Positions 20,441-31,235 are shown, counted from the stretch's first letter. The stretch: 64,000 nucleotides of DNA from an uncultured cyanobacterium (GCA_963706595.1 OY970166.1:5440001-5504000), one strand, 5' to 3'. The notes: generated by a model not told the origin, from the letters alone. Numbers and translations: made by a program.

Positions 20441-20869
20441 CTTTCTTCTCTCCGCGCCCTCTGCGTCTTGGCGGTTCGTTTCTAACCACTGAATCATCTC
20501 AGCAGATAAATCCTGCTTAGTTCTACTAACCGCATCAATACAAACGTGTCTAGTAACAGCCTTAGCAACCATCACATTTTCAACTAAAATTTCATAAGTA
20601 ACTTCAAACTTATTCACACCTAACTTGTGAGGAAATAAACTCATTTCCAACTTATCCCCGCAGCACATCGGGCGAAAAAAATCCACACTCGCGTGAACAA
20701 CAGGAAAAGCCACAGATGGATGAGTAAAAAACGCTTTCAGATCAATATTAGATGCTTCTAGAGATGCTTCATAAGCTTCATGACACATACACAAAACTTT
20801 AGCAAAATAAACTACTCCAGCAGCATCTGTATCTTGAAGGTGAATAGTCCGGTTATAAGTAAAAGACAT
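20423..20869 (-). CDS. 1,4-Dihydroxy-2-naphthoyl-CoA thioesterase (hotdog fold)
   Basis: [11 protein letters not shown] motif; adjacent to men genes. Confidence 0.85.
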   Translation of the reverse strand: MSFTYNRTIHLQDTDAAGVVYFAKVLCMCHEAYEASLEASNIDLKAFFTHPSVAFPVVHASVDFFRPMCCGDKLEMSLFPHKLGVNKFEVTYEILVENVMVAKAVTRHVCIDAVSRTKQDLSAEMIQWLETNRQDAEGAERRKSREIL

Positions 20870-20997
20870 TATTTATTAGTTCGTAATTAGCAAAGTCCAC
20901 TTGATAATAATAAACCACAGCCCAACATCAAATAAATTCCAAATTACGTATCGCTAAAGCGAAAGATCCGCTAACGCGCAGCGTTTCCGAAGGAAAT

Positions 20998-21063
20998 ATT
21001 ACGAATTCCAAATTCCAAATTCCAAATTACGAATTACGAATTACGAATTACGAATTACGAATT
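20998..21063. repeat. Heptamer tandem arrays (AATTCCA, ATTACGA)
   Basis: Visible 7-mer tandem repeats. Confidence 0.9.
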
Positions 21064-22150
21064 ATTTCAAAGGTTGGTATATATCCTCAGAACTGGGGTT
21101 GAGGTAAGGACGCTGTAAATCAATCAAATGCTGGGAAAAATGTTGATCAATTACCCTCATCCGTTCCTCCATTGCATTTTTACCTTTTTCCCAAGCTTCC
21201 AACAAAGCATTGGCGACAATTTGACAACGGTTCATCCCAAAACTTTCTTGTGCGGCGAATTTTTGGGTTGGTTCTTCAGCTAAACTCAATCCTGGCGCTA
21301 AAAACTTGGTAAACAAAGGGATTTCCGGTTGGAAATGAGATTGATACTCTGTATAAACAGCCTGAAGAACTTTGCGAATTGCTGGATAATCCTGGCGTTC
21401 AAAATAAAGTATACCTGAATCATAACGTCCATATCCAGCCGGATTATAGAGAACCTGAAAAGTAAAAGGAATATTAGCAGCGTTGAGTTGCTGCGTTAAT
21501 CCATCCATGCAGGCGATCGCACCCTCTGAAGTAAAATTAAAATAGATTCTGCCAATCCCCAAATCCGCATCTGGATTACCTTGCTTTTCCTGTCCAACAT
21601 TGCTAACTGCTAAATAACAGCCCTTTTGCAAGCGATTTTTAGGCATCCAAATAGCGACGGATTCCCCCACCTTAGCAGATTTTTTACCGGGTTTAAAATG
21701 ACAGTCTGGCTCAATATGCACTGTCAAACCACCTTTAGTTACAGCCATACTACCATCTGGTTCCAGACGCAACACCTGCCAACTGGGGTCAAAATAACCA
21801 TTCCCGTGATTGCTAGTTTGTAGTTGTTCGTAAAATTCCCAATCGACATCCAAAATCGAATTAGCTTCTAAACTTTGGTGTCGTAAGCAATTAGCCGTTT
21901 CAATATTAACTGCTAAAGTGCTTTGTAAGGAACCATTGTAATAGATACCGTACAGAAAATTTCGCAGTAATAGATTCAGATATTTATGCTGTAAAGCCGC
22001 CGGATTTTGTTGAAATCTATCTGCGACTTTCGCTGGTAAAGCAAACGGTTGATAATTGGGATGGTAAATTGAGAAGTTCGACTTAATCTCGATATTACTC
22101 GCAATATCAAGCAGAGAAGTTAGCAATGGATTGGTAGAAGAATTTAGCAT
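21062..22150 (-). CDS. HopA1-family protein (phospho-Ser/Thr lyase-like)
   Basis: RIYFN, YGRYDSGILY, PLFTKFLAPGLSLAEEP and ESFGMNRC motifs. Confidence 0.8.
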   Translation of the reverse strand: MLNSSTNPLLTSLLDIASNIEIKSNFSIYHPNYQPFALPAKVADRFQQNPAALQHKYLNLLLRNFLYGIYYNGSLQSTLAVNIETANCLRHQSLEANSILDVDWEFYEQLQTSNHGNGYFDPSWQVLRLEPDGSMAVTKGGLTVHIEPDCHFKPGKKSAKVGESVAIWMPKNRLQKGCYLAVSNVGQEKQGNPDADLGIGRIYFNFTSEGAIACMDGLTQQLNAANIPFTFQVLYNPAGYGRYDSGILYFERQDYPAIRKVLQAVYTEYQSHFQPEIPLFTKFLAPGLSLAEEPTQKFAAQESFGMNRCQIVANALLEAWEKGKNAMEERMRVIDQHFSQHLIDLQRPYLNPSSEDIYQPLK

Positions 22151-22185
22151 TAATTAATCCCAGATAAATCAAATAAAAACTTTAA

Positions 22186-23424
22186 TTAACAACCCCGCAG
22201 GCGAGTATTTTCGTAATACAGAGGAACCAATTGCTGCTCTTTTTCAGGTTGTGGGAATTTATGAATTTTTGCCAAAGGGTGGGCAATTTTAGACTCAGAA
22301 ACTCCGAAAATACTCAATACAGATTGTTCAGGTATAGTGAGGAGATTTTTCGCAATCTGAAGCATACAAATGTCACTATTGCCAAAGTATTTACGAACCT
22401 TAATGGTTTCTTGAATTTGATTAATTAGCGCCAGTCCTGTAAACTGAATGACTCGGACAATAAAATCACTCCGGTAATCCAAAATCATGGGAAAAGCATT
22501 CAGATAAGCCCGAATTAACGCCAGTAATGAAGGTTGCAACACCTCTAAAGGTGTCATGGCTAAATGCAGCGATTCTTCTAACTCAATGGTAGGATCTACC
22601 ACCAAGCTGGAAAGCCAAATCCCTAAATAGCTGGCGATCAGAGTACCTAAATCAAAGGCTGGATCTCCCCAACCACAAGCTTCCCAATCAATCAATTTAA
22701 TTAGGCAATTGTCTAGCTGATCCCAACGCGAATGAATTAAGATGTTATTTAAGTTCAAGTCGTTGTGAGTCAAACAGCAAGGTTGCCATTCATAAGCCAA
22801 ATCTGCGATCGCTGACTCTAAACTCTCATAACGTTGATAGAGAAGGTAGAATTTTAACGCCTCAGTGGGAACTGTACCAAATATTTCTGGGCTAATTGAA
22901 TCTACCCCTTGCGCTGGATTGTAAAAGCTATAGCGAAACTGTCCTTCAGGCGCAGTCGCCATAAAATTACGATATTCTCGGTGTTGGAAGGTAGCACGAT
23001 GTACTTCCCCTAATGTTGTACCAATGGCGGTAGCAATTTCTGGCGGGAAAATATCGTTTTGCCGATAAAATTCATTTAGTTCGGAATATTCACTTAAATA
23101 ATTACGGACAAGGATCGAATTTGACTCGTCGTAATGTAGTATTGATGGTGCAATTGACGAAATATTTCCCAAAACCGGAAACTTTTGCAGCAATTGGTGA
23201 AACAACCACTCATTAAAAAACTCATGGGGAGTTCCACCATTTTCAATATGACGTTTTTGTTTAACCAGCAGTTGTTGATTCCCTGCTAGAGTCACCAGTA
23301 AATTTAAATTATGTTGGCTACTTTTTAGTAACTTATATTTGTTTGATGCTCCATCTTCTGAGCAACACAGGCCTGTTTCTTGCAGATACTGGATAATATT
23401 GTGAGAAGACAGTGATAATAACAT
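22186..23424 (-). CDS. APH/phosphotransferase-family kinase
   Basis: LLVKQ, THNDLNLNNIL and LIDWE..GWGDPAFDLG motifs. Confidence 0.85.
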   Translation of the reverse strand: MLLSLSSHNIIQYLQETGLCCSEDGASNKYKLLKSSQHNLNLLVTLAGNQQLLVKQKRHIENGGTPHEFFNEWLFHQLLQKFPVLGNISSIAPSILHYDESNSILVRNYLSEYSELNEFYRQNDIFPPEIATAIGTTLGEVHRATFQHREYRNFMATAPEGQFRYSFYNPAQGVDSISPEIFGTVPTEALKFYLLYQRYESLESAIADLAYEWQPCCLTHNDLNLNNILIHSRWDQLDNCLIKLIDWEACGWGDPAFDLGTLIASYLGIWLSSLVVDPTIELEESLHLAMTPLEVLQPSLLALIRAYLNAFPMILDYRSDFIVRVIQFTGLALINQIQETIKVRKYFGNSDICMLQIAKNLLTIPEQSVLSIFGVSESKIAHPLAKIHKFPQPEKEQQLVPLYYENTRLRGC

Positions 23425-23434
23425 ATATTATGTC

Positions 23435-23530
23435 CTACTTCCTAAAAATGCTGATAAAAGTACCATTAATTGAAATTAATTTAGCTTTAGCAGTTTCGGT
23501 AAACATCAACAATTGCTCCAATATATTCAT
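23435..23530 (-). CDS. Candidate 31-aa peptide MNILEQLLMFTETAKAKLISINGTFISIFRK (possible RiPP precursor)
   Basis: ATG..TAG ORF ending 10 nt before the kinase start; weak RBS; could be spurious. Confidence 0.35.
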   Translation of the reverse strand: MNILEQLLMFTETAKAKLISINGTFISIFRK

Positions 23531-24148
23531 ATCTCATCTGTCAAATAAAAACCTGCCATAATGGCAAGATAACTTTAATTTTTACTTTAAATTACGCTGA
23601 TAAATACTATAAAATCTTTAAATTTCACCGCCGATAAACAGCACAAATAAAACTACCTGGAGACGGATATTATCGGATTTAAGCATTTATTATTCACTAA
23701 GGATTTTTACTTTTACTGATATGATGCTGCCAAATCATCTAGTAATCACAACAATTCATCTCATTTTCAGCGCGTGTAATAATTAATTCATTAATTAGTA
23801 TTTTCAACAGGTAAAGCAGAATCACTGAGAACCTCAATACCGGGAAAATTATATACAGCCTTATTTTTATTTATCATCACCAACTCAAAAAAACCGGATG
23901 TTTTCGGCAGTCGGCAATTATTTTTTCGCCATATATTAATAATCTATACGGCATTAATTGCTTTAATGTGACATTTTTCAGTAAAATTATTGCTGTCAGA
24001 AAAACGTTAAATTACACAGCAATACTGAAATTGTGGCTGTGTAATCCTTTATGTTGTGACAAAAATAATTTTTTATAGTATAAATGTATTGTAAAAAATA
24101 ATAAGACTTAGGAGTAATATTTACGTATAAACTGGATGAGGATAATTA

Positions 24149-24469
24149 TTACCTACCCATAACCAATTGATTCACCATCAACGTCAATGCCAACACACCT
24201 AAAATTACCATCAATCCTGCGGGCATGAACTTGCGTGTTTTAGCTAATCTCAAGGCAAAGAAAATTACTAAAGTTACAGTAACTAAAACTGCTAAAATCA
24301 AAGCCCAGGCTTGTCCTTGGATTTGAAAGTAAGCAGCTAAAATTAGTAATAAACCACTAATGATACCACTGAACAGCGAAACTTGACTATTAGCCTGAAT
24401 GTAGCCGATGATGCCACCAATAATCGCTAAAATGCCATAAGTAAGTGCAGCAATTATACTTAAACTCAT
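24149..24469 (-). CDS. TMEM14-family small membrane protein
   Basis: GGIIGY..A.S.VSL.SG and TRKFMPAG motifs; four hydrophobic segments. Confidence 0.85.
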   Translation of the reverse strand: MSLSIIAALTYGILAIIGGIIGYIQANSQVSLFSGIISGLLLILAAYFQIQGQAWALILAVLVTVTLVIFFALRLAKTRKFMPAGLMVILGVLALTLMVNQLVMGR

Positions 24470-24614
24470 TATTAAAACCTCTGTAGAGTTTTAGATTGTG
24501 GATTTTGGATGATTTTTCTTTAGTTCAAACCGCGCTGCGTAAGCTGCGATCATGTCAATCTAAAATCGTAACATGATTGACCATAGCTATTAAGCTCAAC
24601 TACCCCGTTAATTG

Positions 24615-25991
24615 ATGGATAATCCAGCGATGTCAAAAGCCAGTAACTCATCCTACAGCCATAGCCAGGTGCAATTTCTCCAATGTCAAGCAGCATCACT
24701 TTTACTCTACCAATCTGTGATGTCAAGCGAAGCGGGGATCGCATTCCTTGACCTGTTGCAAGCTATACGCTACACTGATGCCGATGCACGGAGTTGTCTC
24801 AAAGCCTATGGCAGTTATTTTTATGCCTTAACTACTAGATATCAAAATTGGGAGGACTACCTCATTACTCAAATTCTCATCTGTGATAATCCTTTTAGTA
24901 GGCTGGCTCAACAGCAAGATTTTGAAGATTTACCCCGTGCTTTAGTAGCCGCAGTTGAGCATGATTTACAGGTGTTGCAGAATCTTTATGAATGTAGCAG
25001 CGCTTCTTTGAGCGAGTGGGTACAAACTGTAGCCCATTTACCAATTTCACCTGTTGTCTGGTACAAAAAACCAAAGATTAGCACAGAGCCAAAATTAATT
25101 GTGTTCCTACAAAAGTTAGATAATTGGGCTGATGCTGTAGAAGAGTTAGCAGCTTATTATCGGCAGTTCGGCACAGGCTTATTTGCAGAATATCATGCTT
25201 TGCGCTGGCAAGAAAGTAATTTTGTTGGCATCAAGCATCCTGACCCCATAAAACTGAATACTCTCGTGGGTTACGAGTCTCAACAAGAAACTTTAATCAA
25301 AAATACAAAATTTCTATTATCAGGAGAGGTAGCACTGCACGTACTACTTTACGGTAGTCGGGGTTCGGGAAAATCTTCTTTAGTAAAAGCTTTGTTAAAT
25401 GAGTATGGCCAGCACAATCTCCGCTTATTGGAAGTCGCCAAATCTGACTTGCAGGATTTACCAAAAATTGTCGAACATTTGCGGGGAGTACCACAAAAAT
25501 TTATTATCTTTGTCGATGACCTTTCCTTTGAGGAGGATGATGATGCTTTTAAAGCACTTAAGGTAGTTTTAGAAGGGAATTTAACAGCACGTCCCCAAAA
25601 TGTCGTTGTTTATGCTACTTCCAATCGCCGCCACTTGATTCGCGAGTATTTTGGAGATAGACCAACGCCCAAGGATAACGATGAAATCCATGCCTGGGAT
25701 ACAATGCAGGAAAAGCTTTCATTTAGCGATCGCTTTGGTCTCACTCTCACCTTTGAACCAGCCGATCAGAAAACTTATGTAAAAATTGTCCAACATCTAG
25801 CAGCCCAAGCCAAAATTAATATTACCCCAGAAGATTTAGAATATCAAGCATTACAATGGGCAACGCGCCATAATGGTCGTTCTGGACGTACAGCCCGGCA
25901 GTTTATTGATTTTATCAAAGCAGATTTAGCATTATCTCCACCCAACCTAGTACAACTAAATATCAATAAAACAAACATTGAAAATTCATGA
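24615..25991 (+). CDS. DUF815-family AAA+ ATPase
   Basis: GSRGSGKSS, FVDDLSFE, YATSNRRHL and LSFSDRFG motifs. Confidence 0.88.
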   Translation: MDNPAMSKASNSSYSHSQVQFLQCQAASLLLYQSVMSSEAGIAFLDLLQAIRYTDADARSCLKAYGSYFYALTTRYQNWEDYLITQILICDNPFSRLAQQQDFEDLPRALVAAVEHDLQVLQNLYECSSASLSEWVQTVAHLPISPVVWYKKPKISTEPKLIVFLQKLDNWADAVEELAAYYRQFGTGLFAEYHALRWQESNFVGIKHPDPIKLNTLVGYESQQETLIKNTKFLLSGEVALHVLLYGSRGSGKSSLVKALLNEYGQHNLRLLEVAKSDLQDLPKIVEHLRGVPQKFIIFVDDLSFEEDDDAFKALKVVLEGNLTARPQNVVVYATSNRRHLIREYFGDRPTPKDNDEIHAWDTMQEKLSFSDRFGLTLTFEPADQKTYVKIVQHLAAQAKINITPEDLEYQALQWATRHNGRSGRTARQFIDFIKADLALSPPNLVQLNINKTNIENS

Positions 25992-26140
25992 CAAGCCTGT
26001 GATCTAAGCTTTGGTAATTTTGACTTTCTCCTAGCGACATTAGTAATAAATTTAATTAGATGGCGATATTTTTTTGAGGACCCCATGAATTGCACAAACA
26101 CTTAAAATTAAAGATTTTTAAATAATAGTAATGAGTCGTA

Positions 26141-27469
26141 ATGGCATTAACAACTACCTATTCTGACAACTCAACGACGCTAAAAAAAACCAATATGCAA
26201 TCAGCAATGATCAGCAATCGATATATTCTCGGCATAGTTGCCTTTAGTGTGAGTTTTGGCATTAGTCTCGTTCCCAACTGGGATTTGAACCAAGCCTTGA
26301 TTACGGGTGTAATTACTATCCTTGCTACCTATGCAGCAGCACTATTTATAGATAAGCGCCGCAGCAATTATGAAATGCTGATTTTAACTTCCCACCGCAA
26401 GCGAATTAAAGAAATGGAGGGACTTAAACTGCGGATTGTTAAGGAAATTAATCAAATAGAAGAACATCGTAATTTATTATATGCAGAGTCCAACAAGCTG
26501 GAAAAACAAATTTTAGATTGTCGTAATCAGAGAAATATTTTACATCGAGATTTAGGCACATTTGCGGCACAAAAAAAGCAATTAGAAACCGAAAGTATTA
26601 ACCTAACTGCTGAAATAGCAACTCTTGAACAAAATCAAGCAGAATTGCATCATGCTTTTTCTCAACTCACAACAGAAAAACGTCGCCTGGAGTTGAACTG
26701 TAATACATCTCGCGCTGAAATTCTTCAGTTGCAAAATCAAATTGGCGAACTCCAGCAAGAAAAACAAGAACTTGAGAGTAGCGTCAGTCTGCTAGGTAGA
26801 CTCAAACCCCAACTAGAGTCAAAAATGTATGAACTGCGAATTGAAGTCCAAGAACTAGAAGCCGAGACTAACCAGCAAAAAGAATTGTTAGTTTCTACAA
26901 AAACTGAAAGGGAAAATTTAGCCGAAAATCTCAATTACCTAGAAACTAAAATCACAGAAAAGCAATCAGAGTTACAGCAAATAGAAGCTCAGTTTTCGTT
27001 ATTGCAATCAGAACGAGACTTGTTACAAAGTCAAGTTTGGGAATTACTCCAACAAACAGAAACATTAAATCAAGAAGCATCACCGGAAAATTTAAATGAA
27101 GATGAAAATGATGTATTTCCTTTTGCCAAATTAATCGATTCTTTAGACTCAATAAATATATCTGAAATCTTACCTGAAGAATGGAATAACTTTTTAAGCG
27201 TCCTCCCAAACCATGAAATTCAGGTATTAAAAGCCATAGTAGAACAAGATAAGCCCCAGGTAATTATTAAACAAATTGCCGAAGCCAATATTACCATGCC
27301 AAATCTATTAATTGATTCTATAAATGAACACGCCAATGATACCATTGGAGAATTAATCATTGAAACTAGTTTGGAGGTTCCTCAAGTGTATCAAGAGCAT
27401 ACAGTAAACGCGAGAAAAATGCTGGCTATGTATGAAAACCTCATAGAGAGAAAAGCCTCATCAAATTAA
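26141..27469 (+). CDS. Membrane-anchored coiled-coil protein with TerB-C domain (SngA-like)
   Basis: Two N-terminal TM helices, long heptad coiled coil, C-terminal MPNLLIDSINEHANDTIGELII typical of TerB-C. Confidence 0.75.
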   Translation: MALTTTYSDNSTTLKKTNMQSAMISNRYILGIVAFSVSFGISLVPNWDLNQALITGVITILATYAAALFIDKRRSNYEMLILTSHRKRIKEMEGLKLRIVKEINQIEEHRNLLYAESNKLEKQILDCRNQRNILHRDLGTFAAQKKQLETESINLTAEIATLEQNQAELHHAFSQLTTEKRRLELNCNTSRAEILQLQNQIGELQQEKQELESSVSLLGRLKPQLESKMYELRIEVQELEAETNQQKELLVSTKTERENLAENLNYLETKITEKQSELQQIEAQFSLLQSERDLLQSQVWELLQQTETLNQEASPENLNEDENDVFPFAKLIDSLDSINISEILPEEWNNFLSVLPNHEIQVLKAIVEQDKPQVIIKQIAEANITMPNLLIDSINEHANDTIGELIIETSLEVPQVYQEHTVNARKMLAMYENLIERKASSN

Positions 27470-27762
27470 AGTAGAAGTTTAGATAAATTAAACCGCCGAT
27501 AAACACCGATAATATGGAGAATTATAATTCTGTCACTTTATTAGAAAAATACATTTTATAATCAGCATTAATGGAGAATTAATTTGAGGTTTCAGTAAGT
27601 CGGTATGAATATTCCCAAACCAATTCACATTAGGGGCGGGTTTACTAATATCCTAGTTGATGTTGAATGATATCTATGATAGCTGGCGTGGCGTAGCCAT
27701 AACCGCCCCTACTTTTGACTTTTGCTATACCTCTGCGTTGAAAATTCAGTGAAGTGAACTAC

Positions 27763-29085
27763 ATGGTTAAGCTCAAAATCTCCAAAAAAATCTCCACTGC
27801 TTTAATTAACTCTCTGGGTGCTGGAGTAGTACCAAGAACAGGAGTTGAGCATATCGCAGTGGGGCGAGAAAAAGAACTTCAAAGCCTATTTAAAAATCTC
27901 GATGACATCGCAGAAGGTGTATCAGCATTTCGGTTTATCATTGGTAACTATGGCTCAGGTAAAAGCTTCATCCTCCAACTAATTCGTAACCGCGCTATGG
28001 AGCAAGGTTTTGTGGTAGCTGATGCTGATTTATCTTCCTCACGGCGATTAGCAGGAACCCACAATGAAGGTTTAGCAACTTATCGCGAATTAATGAGCCA
28101 CTTGGCGACAAAAACTCGTCCTGATGGTGGTGCTTTAGTTTCAATTTTGGAAGGTTGGATTAATAAAATTCAACAAGAAGTTGTCAAAGAAACAAATTTG
28201 CGTCCTAATGACGATGGTTTTGATGACAAAGTTGAAGCCAAAATCAGGGAAGTAGTCCAGTATATTGAAGATTTAGTACATGGTTTTGATTTTGGGAGCG
28301 TAATTATTGCTTATTGGCGTGGTTATCGCTTAGATGATGATGATTTAAAAAATGCGTCCATGCGTTGGCTACGTGGAGAATTCAGCACTAAAATTGAAGC
28401 GAAAGCAGCGTTAGGAGTCCGGGTAATAATAGATGATGATAGTTGGTATGACTACATCAAGCTATTTGCTAAATTTGTCGCTGAAATTGGTTATAAAGGA
28501 CTGTTAGTTTTAGTTGATGAAGCTGTAAATCTATACCAAATCTCAACTACAGTCACCCGTGAAAGGAACTATAACAGACTGCTAACAATGTTTAATGACA
28601 CCATGCAATGCAAAGCCGAACATTTGGGCATTTTTATTGGTGGAACAACCAGATTTTTAGAAGATCCAAATCGGGGACTTTTTGCAGACCAAGCTTGGCG
28701 GAGACGCACAAAAGAAAGCCGTTTTGCTACACAGTCAGGGGTTCAGGAACAGTTAGGGCCAGTCATTCGGCTTAACCCGTTGAGTGAAGCTGAAATTCTC
28801 ACACTTTTGCAACGATTAACTGAGATTCATGCACTCAATTTCGGTTATGAACAAGTTTTGAAAAATCCTGAATTTAAGGAATTTGTGCAAGAAATTGTGA
28901 CGCGTTTAGGTGCAGAAGCTTTACTCACTCCAGGGGAAATTGTACGGGATTTTATTAGTTTGTTAAATATCTTGCATCAAAATTCAGAAATGGTTTTTAG
29001 TGAACTCATTCATGGTTCTAAATTTCAGCCCACTGCTATGGGTAAAGATGCAGATGAGGATGATGCAGCAGAGTTTAGTTTGTGA
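27763..29085 (+). CDS. DUF2791 P-loop ATPase (SngB/BrxD-like)
   Basis: GVVPRTG...VGRE, GNYGSGKS, WLRGE and GLLVLVDEAVN motifs. Confidence 0.85.
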   Translation: MVKLKISKKISTALINSLGAGVVPRTGVEHIAVGREKELQSLFKNLDDIAEGVSAFRFIIGNYGSGKSFILQLIRNRAMEQGFVVADADLSSSRRLAGTHNEGLATYRELMSHLATKTRPDGGALVSILEGWINKIQQEVVKETNLRPNDDGFDDKVEAKIREVVQYIEDLVHGFDFGSVIIAYWRGYRLDDDDLKNASMRWLRGEFSTKIEAKAALGVRVIIDDDSWYDYIKLFAKFVAEIGYKGLLVLVDEAVNLYQISTTVTRERNYNRLLTMFNDTMQCKAEHLGIFIGGTTRFLEDPNRGLFADQAWRRRTKESRFATQSGVQEQLGPVIRLNPLSEAEILTLLQRLTEIHALNFGYEQVLKNPEFKEFVQEIVTRLGAEALLTPGEIVRDFISLLNILHQNSEMVFSELIHGSKFQPTAMGKDADEDDAAEFSL

Positions 29086-29265
29086 ATATTGTTATTTTTT
29101 AAATTATCAATATTAGAACCCGAAGAAGTTATTAGGAGTTAAACAAAAATAATTATTGCATTTCACTTCTTAATAAAGGCTTAAGTATCTATTTGAGACG
29201 CTACAAACCTTGAATTATTTACGCTAAAATAGGAACCTGAAACCAATGAATCAAGCAGTAACCGC

Positions 29266-29371
29266 TATAGCGGTTATCAGTTAAGTGAGATACAAGAACC
29301 CCACCCCCAACCCCCTCCCCGCAAGCGAGGAGGGGGCTATGATGTACTTCATTCAAGTGGATACTGCTATA
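29266..29371. repeat. TATAGC...GCTATA-bounded dispersed element with internal hairpin
   Basis: Imperfect terminal inverted repeats; second copy at 2861-2942. Confidence 0.75.
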
Positions 29372-29402
29372 TCCTCTATTTCAAACATTGGAGATTTTTA
29401 GA

Positions 29403-29684
29403 ATGAAATGGACGCTTGAAGAAGCCACAAAACAGCTATCCTCAATAATTAATGCGACAAGTCTTGAACCTCAGCTAATCTACACTCAAGAAGAATTAGT
29501 GGCTGCAATTGTAGACCCTGAACTTTTTCAAGAATTTTTAAACTGGCGACAAAAAACTGCGAAAACATCTCTAGTACAAGTATTTAAAGAAGTTCAGCAG
29601 TTATGCACTGAAGAAAATTATAGCTTAGAGATACCACCACGAAGCGATCGCAATAATCCTTTTACTGAGGAAGAGAATGAGTAA
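29403..29684 (+). CDS. Phd/YefM-like antitoxin
   Basis: MKWTLEEATKQLSSII...EPQLI pattern; overlaps the start of a PIN toxin. Confidence 0.7.
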   Translation: MKWTLEEATKQLSSIINATSLEPQLIYTQEELVAAIVDPELFQEFLNWRQKTAKTSLVQVFKEVQQLCTEENYSLEIPPRSDRNNPFTEEENE

Positions 29685-29838
29685 TCTCTGCGACACTAAT
29701 ATTATCAGTGAATTAACTCGCCCGATTCCAAATGCAGGGGTGATAGCATGGAGTGGCAGTATGACATCTATTAAAATTCTCAAAACCCTTGCGATTGCTT
29801 CACTCCGCTACGCTCCGTTCGCAATGACATACCTTTAA
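29677..29838 (+). pseudogene. Truncated VapC/PIN toxin (N-terminal ~32 codons, then repeat-element sequence)
   Basis: MSNLCDTNIISELTRPIPNAGV is a PIN N-terminus; interrupted at about 29773 by a MITE-like fragment. Confidence 0.75.
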
Positions 29839-29859
29839 ATTTTCCCGCCTACCTACTTA
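29773..29859 (-). mobile_element. Partial MITE-like element, same family as 54495-54624
   Basis: Reverse complement aligns with the first ~90 bp of 54495-54624 (TAAGTA.GT.GGCG..AAAATTT...GTATGTCATTGCGA...TGAAGCAATCGCAAGG). Confidence 0.75.
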
Positions 29860-29915
29860 AACAAATTTATTCGGTTAACTAAATCTCGTCAAAAGTTTTA
29901 TATGATGTATGAATT

Positions 29916-31034
29916 ATGAATATCAATACTGAAAAATTTCAGCCTTTATGTCCTGTTTGCAGTACTGAGTATCAAGAAGACAATATAACTCAGTGTCCTG
30001 TATGTAATTGGGATTTAACGCTAAGTAAAGAAATATTGTCAGAGAAATACAAAAGTCAGCTATTGTGGGCAAAGGAAATTTGGCTAAAACTTCAGTTCCA
30101 ACAGAAGCAATTTCATACTTAAGAATCTCGATTAAAAGAAATTGAGATAGAGAAATCACGGTGGGAAGGAGAAATATTATATAGACTAGAAAAATTAGAA
30201 AAAAAACAACCGAATTATGAACCTATTTTTGTCAGTCCAACAGAATCCTCAGAAAGCCCAAAAATAGCTGAGTTAGAAAAGAAGATGCAAAAAATTCAAG
30301 AACAATTAAAAGAAACTCAAAAAGAACAAAAAAATCTTCAAGTTGAACTCAATAAACTGCTTCAAGAAATAAAAAAAAATAAATCACAACAGTCAACGAA
30401 TATAAATGATGACTGTTCCATAGTTTCTCAGTCTGGGATTGATTATACTCGTCTTCGTAATTTTTTACTTGCAGGAGAATGGGAGAAAGCTAATACAGAA
30501 ACTGATGTGATTATTAAAAGATTATGGCGAACACATCAAACATCTATGTCTGATAATGAATCTGATGATGAGATTATACAAAAAACACTTTGCAATATTC
30601 CTTGTGAAGACCTTCAGATTATTGATTCACTTTGGTTAAAGTATAGTCATGGTAACTTTGGTTTCAGTGTACAGAAAAGTATTTATGATGAGTGTGAGAA
30701 AAATTTAGATTTCTCAAAATTAGAGATTTTTGTAACTTTTATTTTCTATAGGATGGTTTGGTATTCAAAAAATTATGCGGAAAGAGATATAAGTGTGTAT
30801 GGAAGATTCAGACAAAAGGTGTATGATCAAAATTCAAATTTTTTTGCAATTCAAAATTACATAAAAGGTTGTCTACCCAGGATATCCTGGTTAGGATATC
30901 TTGAAAAAGAACACAAATGGGTTGGGATGAATAGTTATTTAGAATTATTAGAAAGACTGGTTGAATGTAAAAACCAAAATATACATGATACTCAAAATAA
31001 TGATTCAATTTTTTGTGATAGTGAAAATTATTAA
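29916..31034 (+). pseudogene. Zn-ribbon + coiled-coil + GUN4-like domain protein with one in-frame TAA at 30120-30122
   Basis: The two track ORFs (29916 and 30285) share a frame and are separated by a single stop; CPVC..CPVC; DYTRLRNFLLAGEWEKANTET and IDSLWLKYSHGNFGFSVQK (GUN4). Confidence 0.75.
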
Positions 31035-31043
31035 TTTTTATCA

Positions 31044-31229
31044 TGGATTTATATATACTATTTATGGCGACCTAATTTAAAAGATGAAGCTGACAATCAC
31101 TTAATTGAATTAGCGGTTGCTGGGAATGCTCAAATCATTGCCACTCACAATGTCAAAGATTTCCAAAATGCTGAATTGTTATTTCCTAACTTATCAATAT
31201 TAAAACCCGAAGCAGTTATTAGGAGTTGA
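31044..31229 (+). pseudogene. C-terminal remnant of a PIN-domain toxin
   Basis: Reads YLWRPNLKDEADNHLIELAVAGNAQIIATHNVKDF with no 5' half. Confidence 0.75.
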
Positions 31230-31235
31230 ACAAAA

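Noticed and set aside
21062..22150. Type III secretion effector interpretation of the HopA1-family gene
   Set aside because: No T3SS genes present; pairing with an APH kinase fits the RiPP-type lyase role better
27763..29085. BREX system (BrxD-like ATPase)
   Set aside because: No pglX, pglZ or brxC nearby; the TerB-C partner points to a Shango-like arrangement
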